A DNA stretch of 64,000 nt, from the NCBI GenBank assembly GCA_963727705.1, contig CAVSHK010000024.1:7950-71949 (forward strand), in the 5' to 3' direction. This document shows positions 48,609-57,599 of this stretch, one piece after another (position 1 is the stretch's first letter; the number at the start of each line of letters is the position of its first letter). Under the pieces are notes generated by a model. That model searched no databases. It was given only the letters and a program-made list of their open reading frames with translations, and was not told the DNA's origin. The DNA is from an uncultured Bacteroidota bacterium (GTDB taxonomy: Bacteria; Bacteroidota; Bacteroidia; 2-12-FULL-35-15). The position numbers and the translations under genes were made by a program.

Positions 48609-50102
48609 ATGAAAAAAACGAACGCCATATTTGCCGATATTCTTTGGAGAAGGAATATAAGCGGCAAATTTATTAAAAAAATTCATCTTTCCAAAAAAAT
48701 GTTTTGGGGCATTACATTGATATTACTAACTTATAATACTGCGAATGCTCAATTAACATTTACCGGACAGTTAAGAACAAGGTCCGAATTTAGGGCAGGG
48801 CAAGGAACGTTGCAACAAAATGGAGATGTACCTGCGGCATTCAACTCTCAGAGAACTCGACTAAATGTAGGATACACCGGTTACCGATTTAAACTTTTCA
48901 CGGCTGTGCAGGACGTAAGAGTTTGGGGACAGGATGCCTCCACAATTAATTCAACAACAACGCAAACAAACAATGGATTAATGCTTCACGAAGCTTGGGC
49001 TGAAATTATGTTCAATGATACCGGTTCTTTGGCAAAAGTTGAAAATTTTTCTCTTAAAGTGGGGCGTCAGGAAATTGCCTATGACGACCAACGAATATTA
49101 GGAAACTTGGATTGGTTACAACAAGCCCGCAGACACGATGCCGCAATTTTAAAATATGCCAACAAAGGTTGGATGGCTGATATAGGAGCAGCTTATAACC
49201 AAAACAAAATGTTAAATACCAATAATGTTTATAATGGATCTGCACCTATTATTCCAACGGCAACCAGCAGTACAGTTACTCCAACGGCCGCATATGCTGT
49301 GGGAACAAATGGCGCTACCAATATGTACAAATCATTTCAGTACATGTATTTAGGCCGAAAATTTTTCTTTGGTAATGGTTCTTTACTCTTCTTTAAAGAT
49401 GATTTCAGTAAATATACTACATCGGGTACCACCACAACTTATCAGCGGGGAGTGTGGAGCCGCATGACAGCCGGTGCATTTATTGACGCAACCGTTAAAA
49501 GAAGATTGAACATCATTGCGAGTTATTATCATCAAGGCGGACAAAGCAGCAGCGGTGCATTTTTAAACTCCAACTTCGCTTCTATTTCTACATCGGTATT
49601 AATAGGCAGAAAATTATATGTCGGTCCCGGAATAGATTACTTATCCGGCAATGATGGAACTAAAGTAATAACTGGAAGCGGAAGTTCAAGAGATCAACGT
49701 TTTGACCCGCTGTATGGCACTCCGCATAAGTTTTATGGGTACATGGATTATTTTTATGCTGCTAACGGATTTGGGCAACAAGGCTTAATCAACTCCTATT
49801 TTAAAATTAAATACAATGCTAAAGATAATTTGATGTTTACCATTAATGTACACGTTTTTGATGCTGCCAATAAATTATCTAACGGAAGCGGCGGCACTCA
49901 AAAGCCTTATTTGGGAACCGAAACAGATTTACTGGTGAAATATAATTTAACCAAAATGATAAACATTGAGGCCGGGTATTCCATAATGGAAGCCTCATCT
50001 GCAATGGCATCGGCAGAAGTTAAGAATGTAAAAAATGCTCAACTTACACCACAATGGGCTTACCTGATGATAAACATCAAGCCTAACTTTTTAGCCAAAT
50101 AA
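48609..50102 (+). CDS. alginate-export-family outer-membrane porin
   Basis: 497 aa. A signal-like segment MFWGITLILLTYNTANAQ begins at an internal ATG (48699, alternative start). GQLRTRSEFR, RQEIAYDDQRILGNLDWLQQARRHDA and a C-terminal aromatic strand are typical of the family. Confidence 0.7.
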   Translation: MKKTNAIFADILWRRNISGKFIKKIHLSKKMFWGITLILLTYNTANAQLTFTGQLRTRSEFRAGQGTLQQNGDVPAAFNSQRTRLNVGYTGYRFKLFTAVQDVRVWGQDASTINSTTTQTNNGLMLHEAWAEIMFNDTGSLAKVENFSLKVGRQEIAYDDQRILGNLDWLQQARRHDAAILKYANKGWMADIGAAYNQNKMLNTNNVYNGSAPIIPTATSSTVTPTAAYAVGTNGATNMYKSFQYMYLGRKFFFGNGSLLFFKDDFSKYTTSGTTTTYQRGVWSRMTAGAFIDATVKRRLNIIASYYHQGGQSSSGAFLNSNFASISTSVLIGRKLYVGPGIDYLSGNDGTKVITGSGSSRDQRFDPLYGTPHKFYGYMDYFYAANGFGQQGLINSYFKIKYNAKDNLMFTINVHVFDAANKLSNGSGGTQKPYLGTETDLLVKYNLTKMINIEAGYSIMEASSAMASAEVKNVKNAQLTPQWAYLMINIKPNFLAK

Positions 50103-50135
50103 TTAATGAGTACAAATCTATTAACTCCAAATAAA

Positions 50136-51359
50136 ATGAAAAAATCAACTAATAAAAGAACGATGCTTTATACCGGAACGGTAATGGCATTCATAGTCAT
50201 CTTTTTCTCGGCGTTTAAACCAAAACCGAAAGAACCAATCAAACTTGGATTTATTCCTTTAACAGATTGTTCACCCATTGTAATGGCAAAAGAACTTGGA
50301 CTATTTGCTAAATATGGTGTTGATGTAGTTGTATCAAAAGAGGCTTCATGGGCTAACGTGCGTGATAAAATTTTAACAGGGGAGTTGGATGGTGCACATT
50401 GTTTATACTCTATGCCATTCTCCGTTTATACAGGTGTTGGTGGTAAGGCAGGTTCTGAAATGAAAATCGCGATGATGATAAGTTCAAACGGACAAGCCAT
50501 TACGCTTTCTAAAGACTTTTGCGGAAAAGTAAAATTCAAAGACATGAAAAGTGTGGCTCCCGTTGTGGCCGCAAAATTAAAAGCAGAAAAAGAAGTAACC
50601 TTTGCAATGACCTTTCCCGGCGGCACACACGATTTGTGGCTGCGCAACTGGATGTCGATATGCGGTGTTAGTCAACAAACCTCTAAAATAATTACCATTC
50701 CACCTCCACAAATGGTTGCTAACATGAAAGTAGGAAGTATGGATGGATTTTGCGTTGGAGAACCATGGAACGGAGTAGCGGTAAAACAAGGAATTGGATT
50801 TACTCAGGTGGCCACACAAGATATTTGGAAAGATCACCCTGAAAAAGCATTGGTAGTGAACAAAGCGTTCAGCGAAGAACGAAGAGCCGATTTGAAAAAC
50901 GTAATGAAAGCCATTTTAGAAGCCTGTATTTGGTTAGACAATCCTGCAAATCGTAAAAAGGCAGCCGCCATTATCGGACGACCACCTTATGTAAATGCTC
51001 CTGCTGATGTAATTGAAAACAGATTAATGGGCAACTATGATTTAGGTTGTGATCAGGGTATGCAGATTTATGCAAAAGATTATATGCTGTTTCACAAAGG
51101 CGGAATGGTTAATTTCCCTCGCAAATCATACGGTATATGGGCAATGGCACAATATGTAAGATTTGGAATGATAACAGAAATTCCAGATTACAAAGTTGTA
51201 GCAGATAAATTAATCATGCAGGATTTGTATAAAGAAGTGGCAACAGAAATGAAAGTTAAAATTCCGGATGATGACATGAAACCATTTTCGTTAACGATGG
51301 ATAAAACAGTTTTTGACCCTACAAATCCTGCTGAATATTTAAAAGTGGTAAAAAAATAA
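50136..51359 (+). CDS. nrtA: nitrate ABC transporter substrate-binding protein (NrtA/CmpA family)
   Basis: KLGFIPLTDCSPIVMAKELGLF.KYG.DV...KEASWA..RDK...GELDGAH and GFCVGEPWN. Confidence 0.85.
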   Translation: MKKSTNKRTMLYTGTVMAFIVIFFSAFKPKPKEPIKLGFIPLTDCSPIVMAKELGLFAKYGVDVVVSKEASWANVRDKILTGELDGAHCLYSMPFSVYTGVGGKAGSEMKIAMMISSNGQAITLSKDFCGKVKFKDMKSVAPVVAAKLKAEKEVTFAMTFPGGTHDLWLRNWMSICGVSQQTSKIITIPPPQMVANMKVGSMDGFCVGEPWNGVAVKQGIGFTQVATQDIWKDHPEKALVVNKAFSEERRADLKNVMKAILEACIWLDNPANRKKAAAIIGRPPYVNAPADVIENRLMGNYDLGCDQGMQIYAKDYMLFHKGGMVNFPRKSYGIWAMAQYVRFGMITEIPDYKVVADKLIMQDLYKEVATEMKVKIPDDDMKPFSLTMDKTVFDPTNPAEYLKVVKK

Positions 51360-51387
51360 AATTAACTAATACTTAACTCCAGCACCC

Positions 51388-51436
51388 TCTCCGCCCTTCG
51401 ACAAGCTCAGGGAGCGCAGAGGGGATGAAGGGGTGA
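51388..51436. repeat. REP-like palindromic element between nrtA and nrtB
   Basis: CCCTCTCCGC-CCTTCGACAAGCTCAGGGA-GCGCAGAGGG (9/10 bp stem). It shares the core CTTCGACAAGCTCAG with the MITEs at 40881 and 53236. Confidence 0.7.
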
Positions 51437-51452
51437 GCCAAAACATTTACAA

Positions 51453-52355
51453 ATGAAACCAGCCATGAAAGAAACACCAGATTCAGAAACGCCTCCTAAG
51501 TTGGAAAGCAACATGAAAGTAGTACGTGATGATAAGGAAAAAGTAAGTTCCGAAAATTACAAACTGAAATTGGTTATTACCTATTTGATTGAAAGAGGAA
51601 AATCAATGCTGTTAGCCATTACAGGACTTGCATTGTTTGTATTATTTTGGAGCTTTATCAGTTATTATACAAAAAATGAGCTTCCCGGACCTGTTGCCAC
51701 GCTTACTGTTTTATTTGAAATGCTAAGGGATCCGTTTTATGATTATGGCCCTAACGACAAAGGAATAGGACTACAATTAATGAGTTCGATAGGACGAGTA
51801 TTGTTAGGCTTTTCTTTAGGGTCGTTAGTTGCCATCCCCATCGGTATTTTGATGGGTGCAAGTGCTGTTTATAAAAAGCTGTTTTATCCAATTGTTCAAT
51901 TGTTAAAGCCCGTTTCGCCTTTAGCTTGGTTTCCAATAGGCCTGGTAGTTTTTAAAGACACCGCAATGGCAACCATTTTTATTATTTTTATTACATCGTT
52001 ATGGTCAACGTTAATAAACACCGCTTTTGGAGTGGGTTCTATTCCTCAGGATCATAAAAACGTAGCCAAGGCATTTGGTTTTTCAAAAACACGTTACCTC
52101 ACCAAAATTCTGATTCCCTATAGCCTGCCACACATCATCACCGGCTTGCGCCTGAGTATAGGTGTTGCCTGGTTAGTAATAGTTGCAGGTGAAATGTTAT
52201 CAGGCGGAAGTGGAATTGGTTTTTTTGTGTGGGACAGCTGGAATGCATTAAGTCTTGAAAAGGTAATATCTGCCATCATCATCATTGGTGTTGTAGGGCT
52301 ACTTTTTGACAAATTGTTTACAGTAATTGAAAATAAAGTTTCTTACAAACCTTAA
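51453..52355 (+). CDS. nrtB: nitrate ABC transporter permease NrtB
   Basis: 300 aa. Binding-protein-dependent transport inner-membrane component (EAA-like ..AKAFGFSKTRYL.KI..P). The start is uncertain. Confidence 0.85.
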   Translation: MKPAMKETPDSETPPKLESNMKVVRDDKEKVSSENYKLKLVITYLIERGKSMLLAITGLALFVLFWSFISYYTKNELPGPVATLTVLFEMLRDPFYDYGPNDKGIGLQLMSSIGRVLLGFSLGSLVAIPIGILMGASAVYKKLFYPIVQLLKPVSPLAWFPIGLVVFKDTAMATIFIIFITSLWSTLINTAFGVGSIPQDHKNVAKAFGFSKTRYLTKILIPYSLPHIITGLRLSIGVAWLVIVAGEMLSGGSGIGFFVWDSWNALSLEKVISAIIIIGVVGLLFDKLFTVIENKVSYKP

Positions 52356-52367
52356 TAAACAACCACC

Positions 52368-53174
52368 ATGAGCTATTTAGAAATTAAGGATTTGGAAATA
52401 TCATTTCCTACTCCAAAAGGAAAATACATTGCCGTTAAAGATATTAATCTGTCCATTAATAAAGGAGAAATTATCTCCATAATTGGTCATTCAGGATGCG
52501 GCAAGTCCACTATTATGAATGCAATTGGAGGAATGGTAAATCCAACTGGAGGAACGGTGGAGTTGGATAAAAAAAAAATAAAAGGTCCCGGACCCGACAG
52601 AGGCATTGTGTTTCAGAACTACTCCTTGTTGCCTTGGTTAACGGTTTATCAAAACATTTTTCAGGCAGTTGATTCTGTAATGACTTGTTCAAACAAAGAA
52701 AAAATAGAAATAGTAGAGAACAACCTGAAAATGGTAAATTTATATCAACATAAAGATAAATTACCCGGTCAATTATCAGGTGGTATGAAACAACGTGTTG
52801 CCATTGCAAGAGCATTTGCCATCAACCCGGGTGTGCTTTTATTGGATGAGCCGTTTGGCGCATTGGATGCTTTAACCAAAGGAACAATGCAATTAGAGTT
52901 ATTAAAATTATGGAACCTGAACAACAGAGATAAAACAATCATCATGATAACACATGACATTGAAGAAGCTATATTTTTATCAGACCGGATTGTAGTGATG
53001 AACAACGGCCCTGCCGCTACTATACGAGAAATAGAACAGGTGCATTTACCACGACCAAGAAATAAGCTTGAAATTGTAAATATGCCTGAATACATTGCTA
53101 TCAGGGATAAATTACTTCACTTATTAACAGATAAGTTTTCAATAGAAGATATGGGATATATGCATAAAAACTAA
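52368..53174 (+). CDS. nrtD: nitrate ABC transporter ATP-binding protein (NrtD/NrtC-type, short form)
   Basis: Walker A GHSGCGKST, signature LSGGMKQRVAIARA, Walker B LLLDEPFGALD. Confidence 0.85.
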   Translation: MSYLEIKDLEISFPTPKGKYIAVKDINLSINKGEIISIIGHSGCGKSTIMNAIGGMVNPTGGTVELDKKKIKGPGPDRGIVFQNYSLLPWLTVYQNIFQAVDSVMTCSNKEKIEIVENNLKMVNLYQHKDKLPGQLSGGMKQRVAIARAFAINPGVLLLDEPFGALDALTKGTMQLELLKLWNLNNRDKTIIMITHDIEEAIFLSDRIVVMNNGPAATIREIEQVHLPRPRNKLEIVNMPEYIAIRDKLLHLLTDKFSIEDMGYMHKN

Positions 53175-53235
53175 TTGGAATGAGTTGCAAATTTTTAAGG
53201 GTTAAAAACGAAAAAGTTCCAAGTAGGCGCTAAGC

Positions 53236-53385
53236 CAATGTCATTAAGTTAAGGATGTTCTTCCTACCCAAAGTCTTCGACAAGCGTTCGACTGAGCTCA
53301 CGCCGAAGTCTCAGACTGACTGCACGCGATAGTCATATTGAGCCTGTCGAAATATGTGCAGGGGCTTCTTAACTTAATGACATTG
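53236..53385. mobile_element. 150-bp MITE, same family as 40881-41004, with perfect 18-bp TIRs and a 10-bp target-site duplication (9/10)
   Basis: TIRs are CAATGTCATTAAGTTAAG (53236-53253) and CTTAACTTAATGACATTG (53368-53385). The flanks are GGCGCTAAGC (53226-53235) and GGTGCTAAGC (53386-53395). It carries a ~25-bp internal insertion relative to the 124-bp copy. Confidence 0.9.
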
Positions 53386-53671
53386 GGTGCTAAGCTGTCG
53401 GGTAGCAAGTGTGAATGGGCTTCGTGCCAATTTTAATTTGTAAGCTGTGCTTACCGGAATACAGCAAAAGAGAAAAGGAAAAACTTCAATAATGTTTTAC
53501 TAAGCGCTAACGCATAAAACGAATGACGCTAAGTATTATTAAAATTGAAAACACAAATGCCGGAGGCATTATTAAATCAAGCCTAGCAAAAGGCAATGCT
53601 TAACGGAGAAACATAATTATATTAACCTGCACTCAGATAAAAGAAGTAATTGAACAACTCTTTCAAATTAC

Positions 53672-53679
53672 TACCTTTG
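53672..53679 (+). promoter_or_regulatory. -7 promoter box TACCTTTG upstream of lpxH
   Basis: Exact TAnnTTTG match, 24 nt upstream of the ORF start at 53703. Confidence 0.45.
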
Positions 53680-53702
53680 CCAAAAACATATAGCCTTTAT
53701 CA

Positions 53703-54452
53703 TTGCAACCCAACAAAAAAATATACTTTGCTTCTGATTTTCATTTAGGTGTACCCACTAACGAAAAAAGCCTGGAACGTGAAAAACGCATTGTAAGATG
53801 GCTGGACGAAGTAAAACAGGATGCCGCAGAAATTTATTTAATGGGCGACATGTTCGACTTTTGGTTTGAATACAAACACGTGGTTCCAAAAGGTTTTTCT
53901 CGCCTGCTTGGTAAAATAGCCGAAATAACCGATTCAGGCATTCCCATCACATTTTTTACAGGTAATCACGATATGTGGATGTTTGACTATTTTCCAAACG
54001 AATTAGGCGTTGCACTTTACAGAGAACCTATTGTGCGCGAGTATAACGGAAAGAAATTTTTTTTAGGACACGGTGATGGCTTAGGTCCCGGCGATAAAGG
54101 CTACAAATTCATAAAAAAAGTATTTGCCAACCCTGCTTGTCAATGGCTGTTTGCACGCTTGCATCCTAACTTTGCCATGGGCATGGCGCAGTATTGGTCA
54201 AAAAAAAGCCGCATGGCAAATGGCATCAGCGATGAAAAATTTACCGGTGAAGAAAACGAATGGTTAATTGTTTATGCTAAAGAATTATTGAAAAAACAAC
54301 ACTACGATTATTTTATTTTCGGACACCGCCACTTACCACTGGATATTAAATTACAAAACAGCCGCTACATTAACCTTGGTGAGTGGATAAAATACAACAC
54401 CTACGCCGTATTTGACGGCACCAATTTAGAATTAAAGAGTTTTGAAAAGTAG
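53703..54452 (+). CDS. lpxH: UDP-2,3-diacylglucosamine diphosphatase (LpxH-type metallophosphoesterase)
   Basis: IYFASDFHLG, YLMGDMFDFW, FTGNHD.W, GHGD, GHRH. The apparent start codon is TTG. Confidence 0.8.
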   Translation: MQPNKKIYFASDFHLGVPTNEKSLEREKRIVRWLDEVKQDAAEIYLMGDMFDFWFEYKHVVPKGFSRLLGKIAEITDSGIPITFFTGNHDMWMFDYFPNELGVALYREPIVREYNGKKFFLGHGDGLGPGDKGYKFIKKVFANPACQWLFARLHPNFAMGMAQYWSKKSRMANGISDEKFTGEENEWLIVYAKELLKKQHYDYFIFGHRHLPLDIKLQNSRYINLGEWIKYNTYAVFDGTNLELKSFEK

Positions 54453-54550
54453 ACGTTTTACGTTTATTGTCGATGGATTTTTAAGGCTGTCTTTATTTAA
54501 TTTTTTATTCGAGTTTAATTTATAATTTAGCGTTTCAAAAATTAAAACCC

Positions 54551-55510
54551 ATGAATTTTTTAGATTTTGAAAAACCCATAGCCGAACTGTTAGAAGAGCT
54601 TGAGAAGGTGAAACAAGTTGGCTTAAAAAGCGGAGTGGATGTTCAAAGTGCTGTTGGCGATATTGAAGAAAAAATTAAAAACAAACGTATCGAAATATTC
54701 AGTAACCTAACTCCCTGGCAACGTGTACAGGTATCACGTCATCCCGACAGACCTTACACATTGGCGTACATCGACTATTTAACCAACGGTACATTTGTTG
54801 AATTACACGGCGATAGAAATGTAAAAGACGACAAAGCCATGGTGGGCGGATTTGGCAGCGTTGATGGTAAAACAGTAATGTTTATCGGTCAGCAAAAAGG
54901 CATTAACATGAAGATGCGCCAAATCAGAAACTTTGGAATGCCTAACCCTGAAGGTTACCGAAAAGCATTGCGCTTAATGAAGCTGGCTGAAAAATTCAAC
55001 AAACCAATTGTAACACTTATAGACACTCCCGGTGCTTACCCCGGCATAGAGGCCGAAGAGCGCGGACAAGGCGAAGCCATTGCACGCAACCTGATGGAAA
55101 TGGCTCAACTTAAAGTTCCTGTTATTTGTATTATTATAGGCGAAGGAGCTTCGGGAGGGGCATTAGGCATTGGCATTGGCGATAAAGTATTAATGCTTGA
55201 AAATACTTGGTATTCTGTTATTTCTCCTGAGTCTTGTTCTTCTATTTTATGGAGAACATGGGATAATAAAGAAATGGCGGCAGAGGCCTTAAAACTTACT
55301 GCCAATGATATGTTAGCCAATAAATTAATTGATGGCATTATTCAGGAACCGCTTGGTGGAGCTCACACAAATCCAGAAGAATCGTTTGCCAACGTTAAAA
55401 AGGAAGTGGTAAAATATATTGCTGAATTAGAAAAGCTAAACCCTAAAGAGCGCGTTAAACAGCGCATTGATAAATTCTGCGCAATGGGCGTTGTTAATGA
55501 AGCCGTATAA
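54551..55510 (+). CDS. accA: acetyl-CoA carboxylase carboxyltransferase alpha subunit
   Basis: 319 aa. [11 protein letters not shown]-like [39 protein letters not shown]. Confidence 0.9.
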   Translation: MNFLDFEKPIAELLEELEKVKQVGLKSGVDVQSAVGDIEEKIKNKRIEIFSNLTPWQRVQVSRHPDRPYTLAYIDYLTNGTFVELHGDRNVKDDKAMVGGFGSVDGKTVMFIGQQKGINMKMRQIRNFGMPNPEGYRKALRLMKLAEKFNKPIVTLIDTPGAYPGIEAEERGQGEAIARNLMEMAQLKVPVICIIIGEGASGGALGIGIGDKVLMLENTWYSVISPESCSSILWRTWDNKEMAAEALKLTANDMLANKLIDGIIQEPLGGAHTNPEESFANVKKEVVKYIAELEKLNPKERVKQRIDKFCAMGVVNEAV

Positions 55511-55545
55511 GCACGGGTAAGAATTTACAGATAATCAGTTATCCT

Positions 55546-55956
55546 TTATTTCAATTCTGAAAGTGCTATAATTCTATCAAATTCAAAAGGCTTAATAGCC
55601 GCAACAGACAGGCGACCCTGACGCACCAGTTGTATTTCTTCCAACTGCTTATCCGTTTTTATTTGAGCCAGCGTTACAGGATGTTTTAGTGTTTTGTATG
55701 GAGCCAGCTCTACAACGCTCCAGGCTGTATCCTCAGTGGTAGGATCCTGATAAGCTTCTTTCACAACTTTGGCAATTCCAACAATTTCGAGCCCTTCATT
55801 GCTATGATAAAAAAATACTAAATCGCCTTTTTTCATAGCACGCATATTGTTTCGTGCAGTATAATTGCGTACACCATCCCATACCGTTTTTTTATCTTTT
55901 AAAAATTGTTCCCAACTGTATTTAAAAGGTTCCGATTTTACTAGCCAGTGGTTCAT
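55546..55956 (-). CDS. EVE (PUA-like) domain protein
   Basis: 136 aa. WLVKSEP..YS...........WDGVRNY.ARN.MR.MK.GD...FYHS. Confidence 0.85.
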   Translation of the reverse strand: MNHWLVKSEPFKYSWEQFLKDKKTVWDGVRNYTARNNMRAMKKGDLVFFYHSNEGLEIVGIAKVVKEAYQDPTTEDTAWSVVELAPYKTLKHPVTLAQIKTDKQLEEIQLVRQGRLSVAAIKPFEFDRIIALSELK

Positions 55957-56077
55957 CAGTAACGTGTTTTTTATTGTTTTATAGTTACAAAGTTACATTT
56001 GTATTTTAAAATTTTACCCCATTGTTAACTATTATTGAAAGTAATAATGAACCGCTATCTAAACTATTAAATAGGTG

Positions 56078-56180
56078 TCGTCATGCTGAACGCCTGTACT
56101 GAGCGTCGGTTGATTCAACATCTGTGTACAATAGATTCCGAAATATACTTCGACGCTCAGTACAGGCATTCGGAATGAAC
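56078..56180. repeat. REP-like nested palindromic element (long form of 47118-47174)
   Basis: A perfect 17-bp stem GCCTGTACTGAGCGTCG (56092-56108) / CGACGCTCAGTACAGGC (56151-56167) is inserted symmetrically into a backbone shared with 47118-47174 (TCATGCTGAAC.., TTGATTCAACATCT, AGATTCCGAAA, TTCGGAATGA). Confidence 0.8.
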
Positions 56181-56295
56181 TTTACGTTACTTTTGTTAGT
56201 GATTTATTATTAAATACTTAATATGGAATGGGAGTCCACAACGTGTCAATTATTGGTAAATGAGGTAGAAAGAGTTTTTGAAAATATATACTGTA

Positions 56296-57546
56296 TTACC
56301 CTATTAAATGAGTAAACAGCGGTTTGTTATCATTCAGATATTCGAACGTGAATTTGTTTTTTGTAAGTCGGTCTTTAATAATTTGAATGTCACCTTTGTG
56401 TTTAATTTCTAAACCAACCACAGCAGGAGCAATTTCACGATTATTCTTTTTAGAAAACTGGAAATAGGTAATGTCGTCCTCCGGACCTAAAATAGCACTC
56501 AAAAACTCTTTTAAAGCACCCGGACGTTGCGGAAACTGAATCATGAAGTAATGCTTCAATCCTTCAAAAAGAAGCGAGCGTTCTTTAATTTCTTCAGTAC
56601 GCATAATGTCGTTGTTGCTTCCGCTTACAACGCATACTACATTTTTACCTTTTATTTTTTCTCTGTCCATTAATGAAAGAGCTGACACTGTAAGCGCTCC
56701 GGCAGGTTCTACCACAATGCCCTCTCTGTTGTAAAGATTTAAAATGGTCGTACAAATTCTGCCTTCGGGTACCAATATGATTTCACTTAATTTGTCTTTA
56801 CAAATTTCAAAGGTGATATCACCAACTTTCTTTACAGAGGCTCCATCCACAAACGTATCTATTTGTTGAAGTTCTGTGTTATATCCGTTCTTGATGGATA
56901 CATCCATAGAAGGTGCACCAAGTGGTTCTACTCCAATAATTTTTGTATCGGGACTAAGTTCTTTGAAATAGCTGCTAACTCCGGCTGCCAAACCGCCGCC
57001 GCCAATAGGCACAAGTAGATAATCAATTTTAAAATCGGCATCGTCCAAAATTTCTTTTGCAACAGTGCCTTGTCCTTCAATTACTTTTTCGTCATCAAAA
57101 GGATGAATGAAAACAGAATTTTTTTCCTTGCAATATTCCTTTGCCGACTTAGAAGAATCGTCAAACGTATCGCCCGAAATAACAATTTCGATATTGTCTT
57201 TTCCGAAAAATTTTACCTGACTTATTTTTTGCGCAGGAGTGGTGGCAGGCATAAAAATCACGCCTTTTATATTCAACTTTCGGCAGGCAAAAGCTACGCC
57301 CTGAGCATGATTTCCGGCACTGGCACACACTACACCTTGTTTTTTTTGTTCGGGTGTCAGCGAAAACATCTTGTTATATGCCCCACGTAATTTGTAGGAG
57401 CGTACAGCTTGAAGATCTTCGCGTTTCAAATAGATGTTGCAACCATATTCATCGCTAAGCTGAATATTTAACTGCAAAGGCGTGTGCAATGCCACGCCTT
57501 TGAGGTTTTCAGCTGCCTGAATTATTTTTTCAGAGGATATTATCAT
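56296..57546 (-). CDS. ilvA: threonine ammonia-lyase (biosynthetic threonine dehydratase)
   Basis: PLP-enzyme motifs (KREDLQ.VRSYKLRGA, SAGNHAQGVA, GGGGL..G) plus a C-terminal ACT-like regulatory domain. The ORF is open from 57585; the ATGs at 57558 and 57546 are candidate starts. Confidence 0.9.
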   Translation of the reverse strand: MIISSEKIIQAAENLKGVALHTPLQLNIQLSDEYGCNIYLKREDLQAVRSYKLRGAYNKMFSLTPEQKKQGVVCASAGNHAQGVAFACRKLNIKGVIFMPATTPAQKISQVKFFGKDNIEIVISGDTFDDSSKSAKEYCKEKNSVFIHPFDDEKVIEGQGTVAKEILDDADFKIDYLLVPIGGGGLAAGVSSYFKELSPDTKIIGVEPLGAPSMDVSIKNGYNTELQQIDTFVDGASVKKVGDITFEICKDKLSEIILVPEGRICTTILNLYNREGIVVEPAGALTVSALSLMDREKIKGKNVVCVVSGSNNDIMRTEEIKERSLLFEGLKHYFMIQFPQRPGALKEFLSAILGPEDDITYFQFSKKNNREIAPAVVGLEIKHKGDIQIIKDRLTKNKFTFEYLNDNKPLFTHLIG

Positions 57547-57599
57547 AGGTAAATACATTCCGGTAGTTTCGACAGACTCAACCACCGGAATGTATAAAT

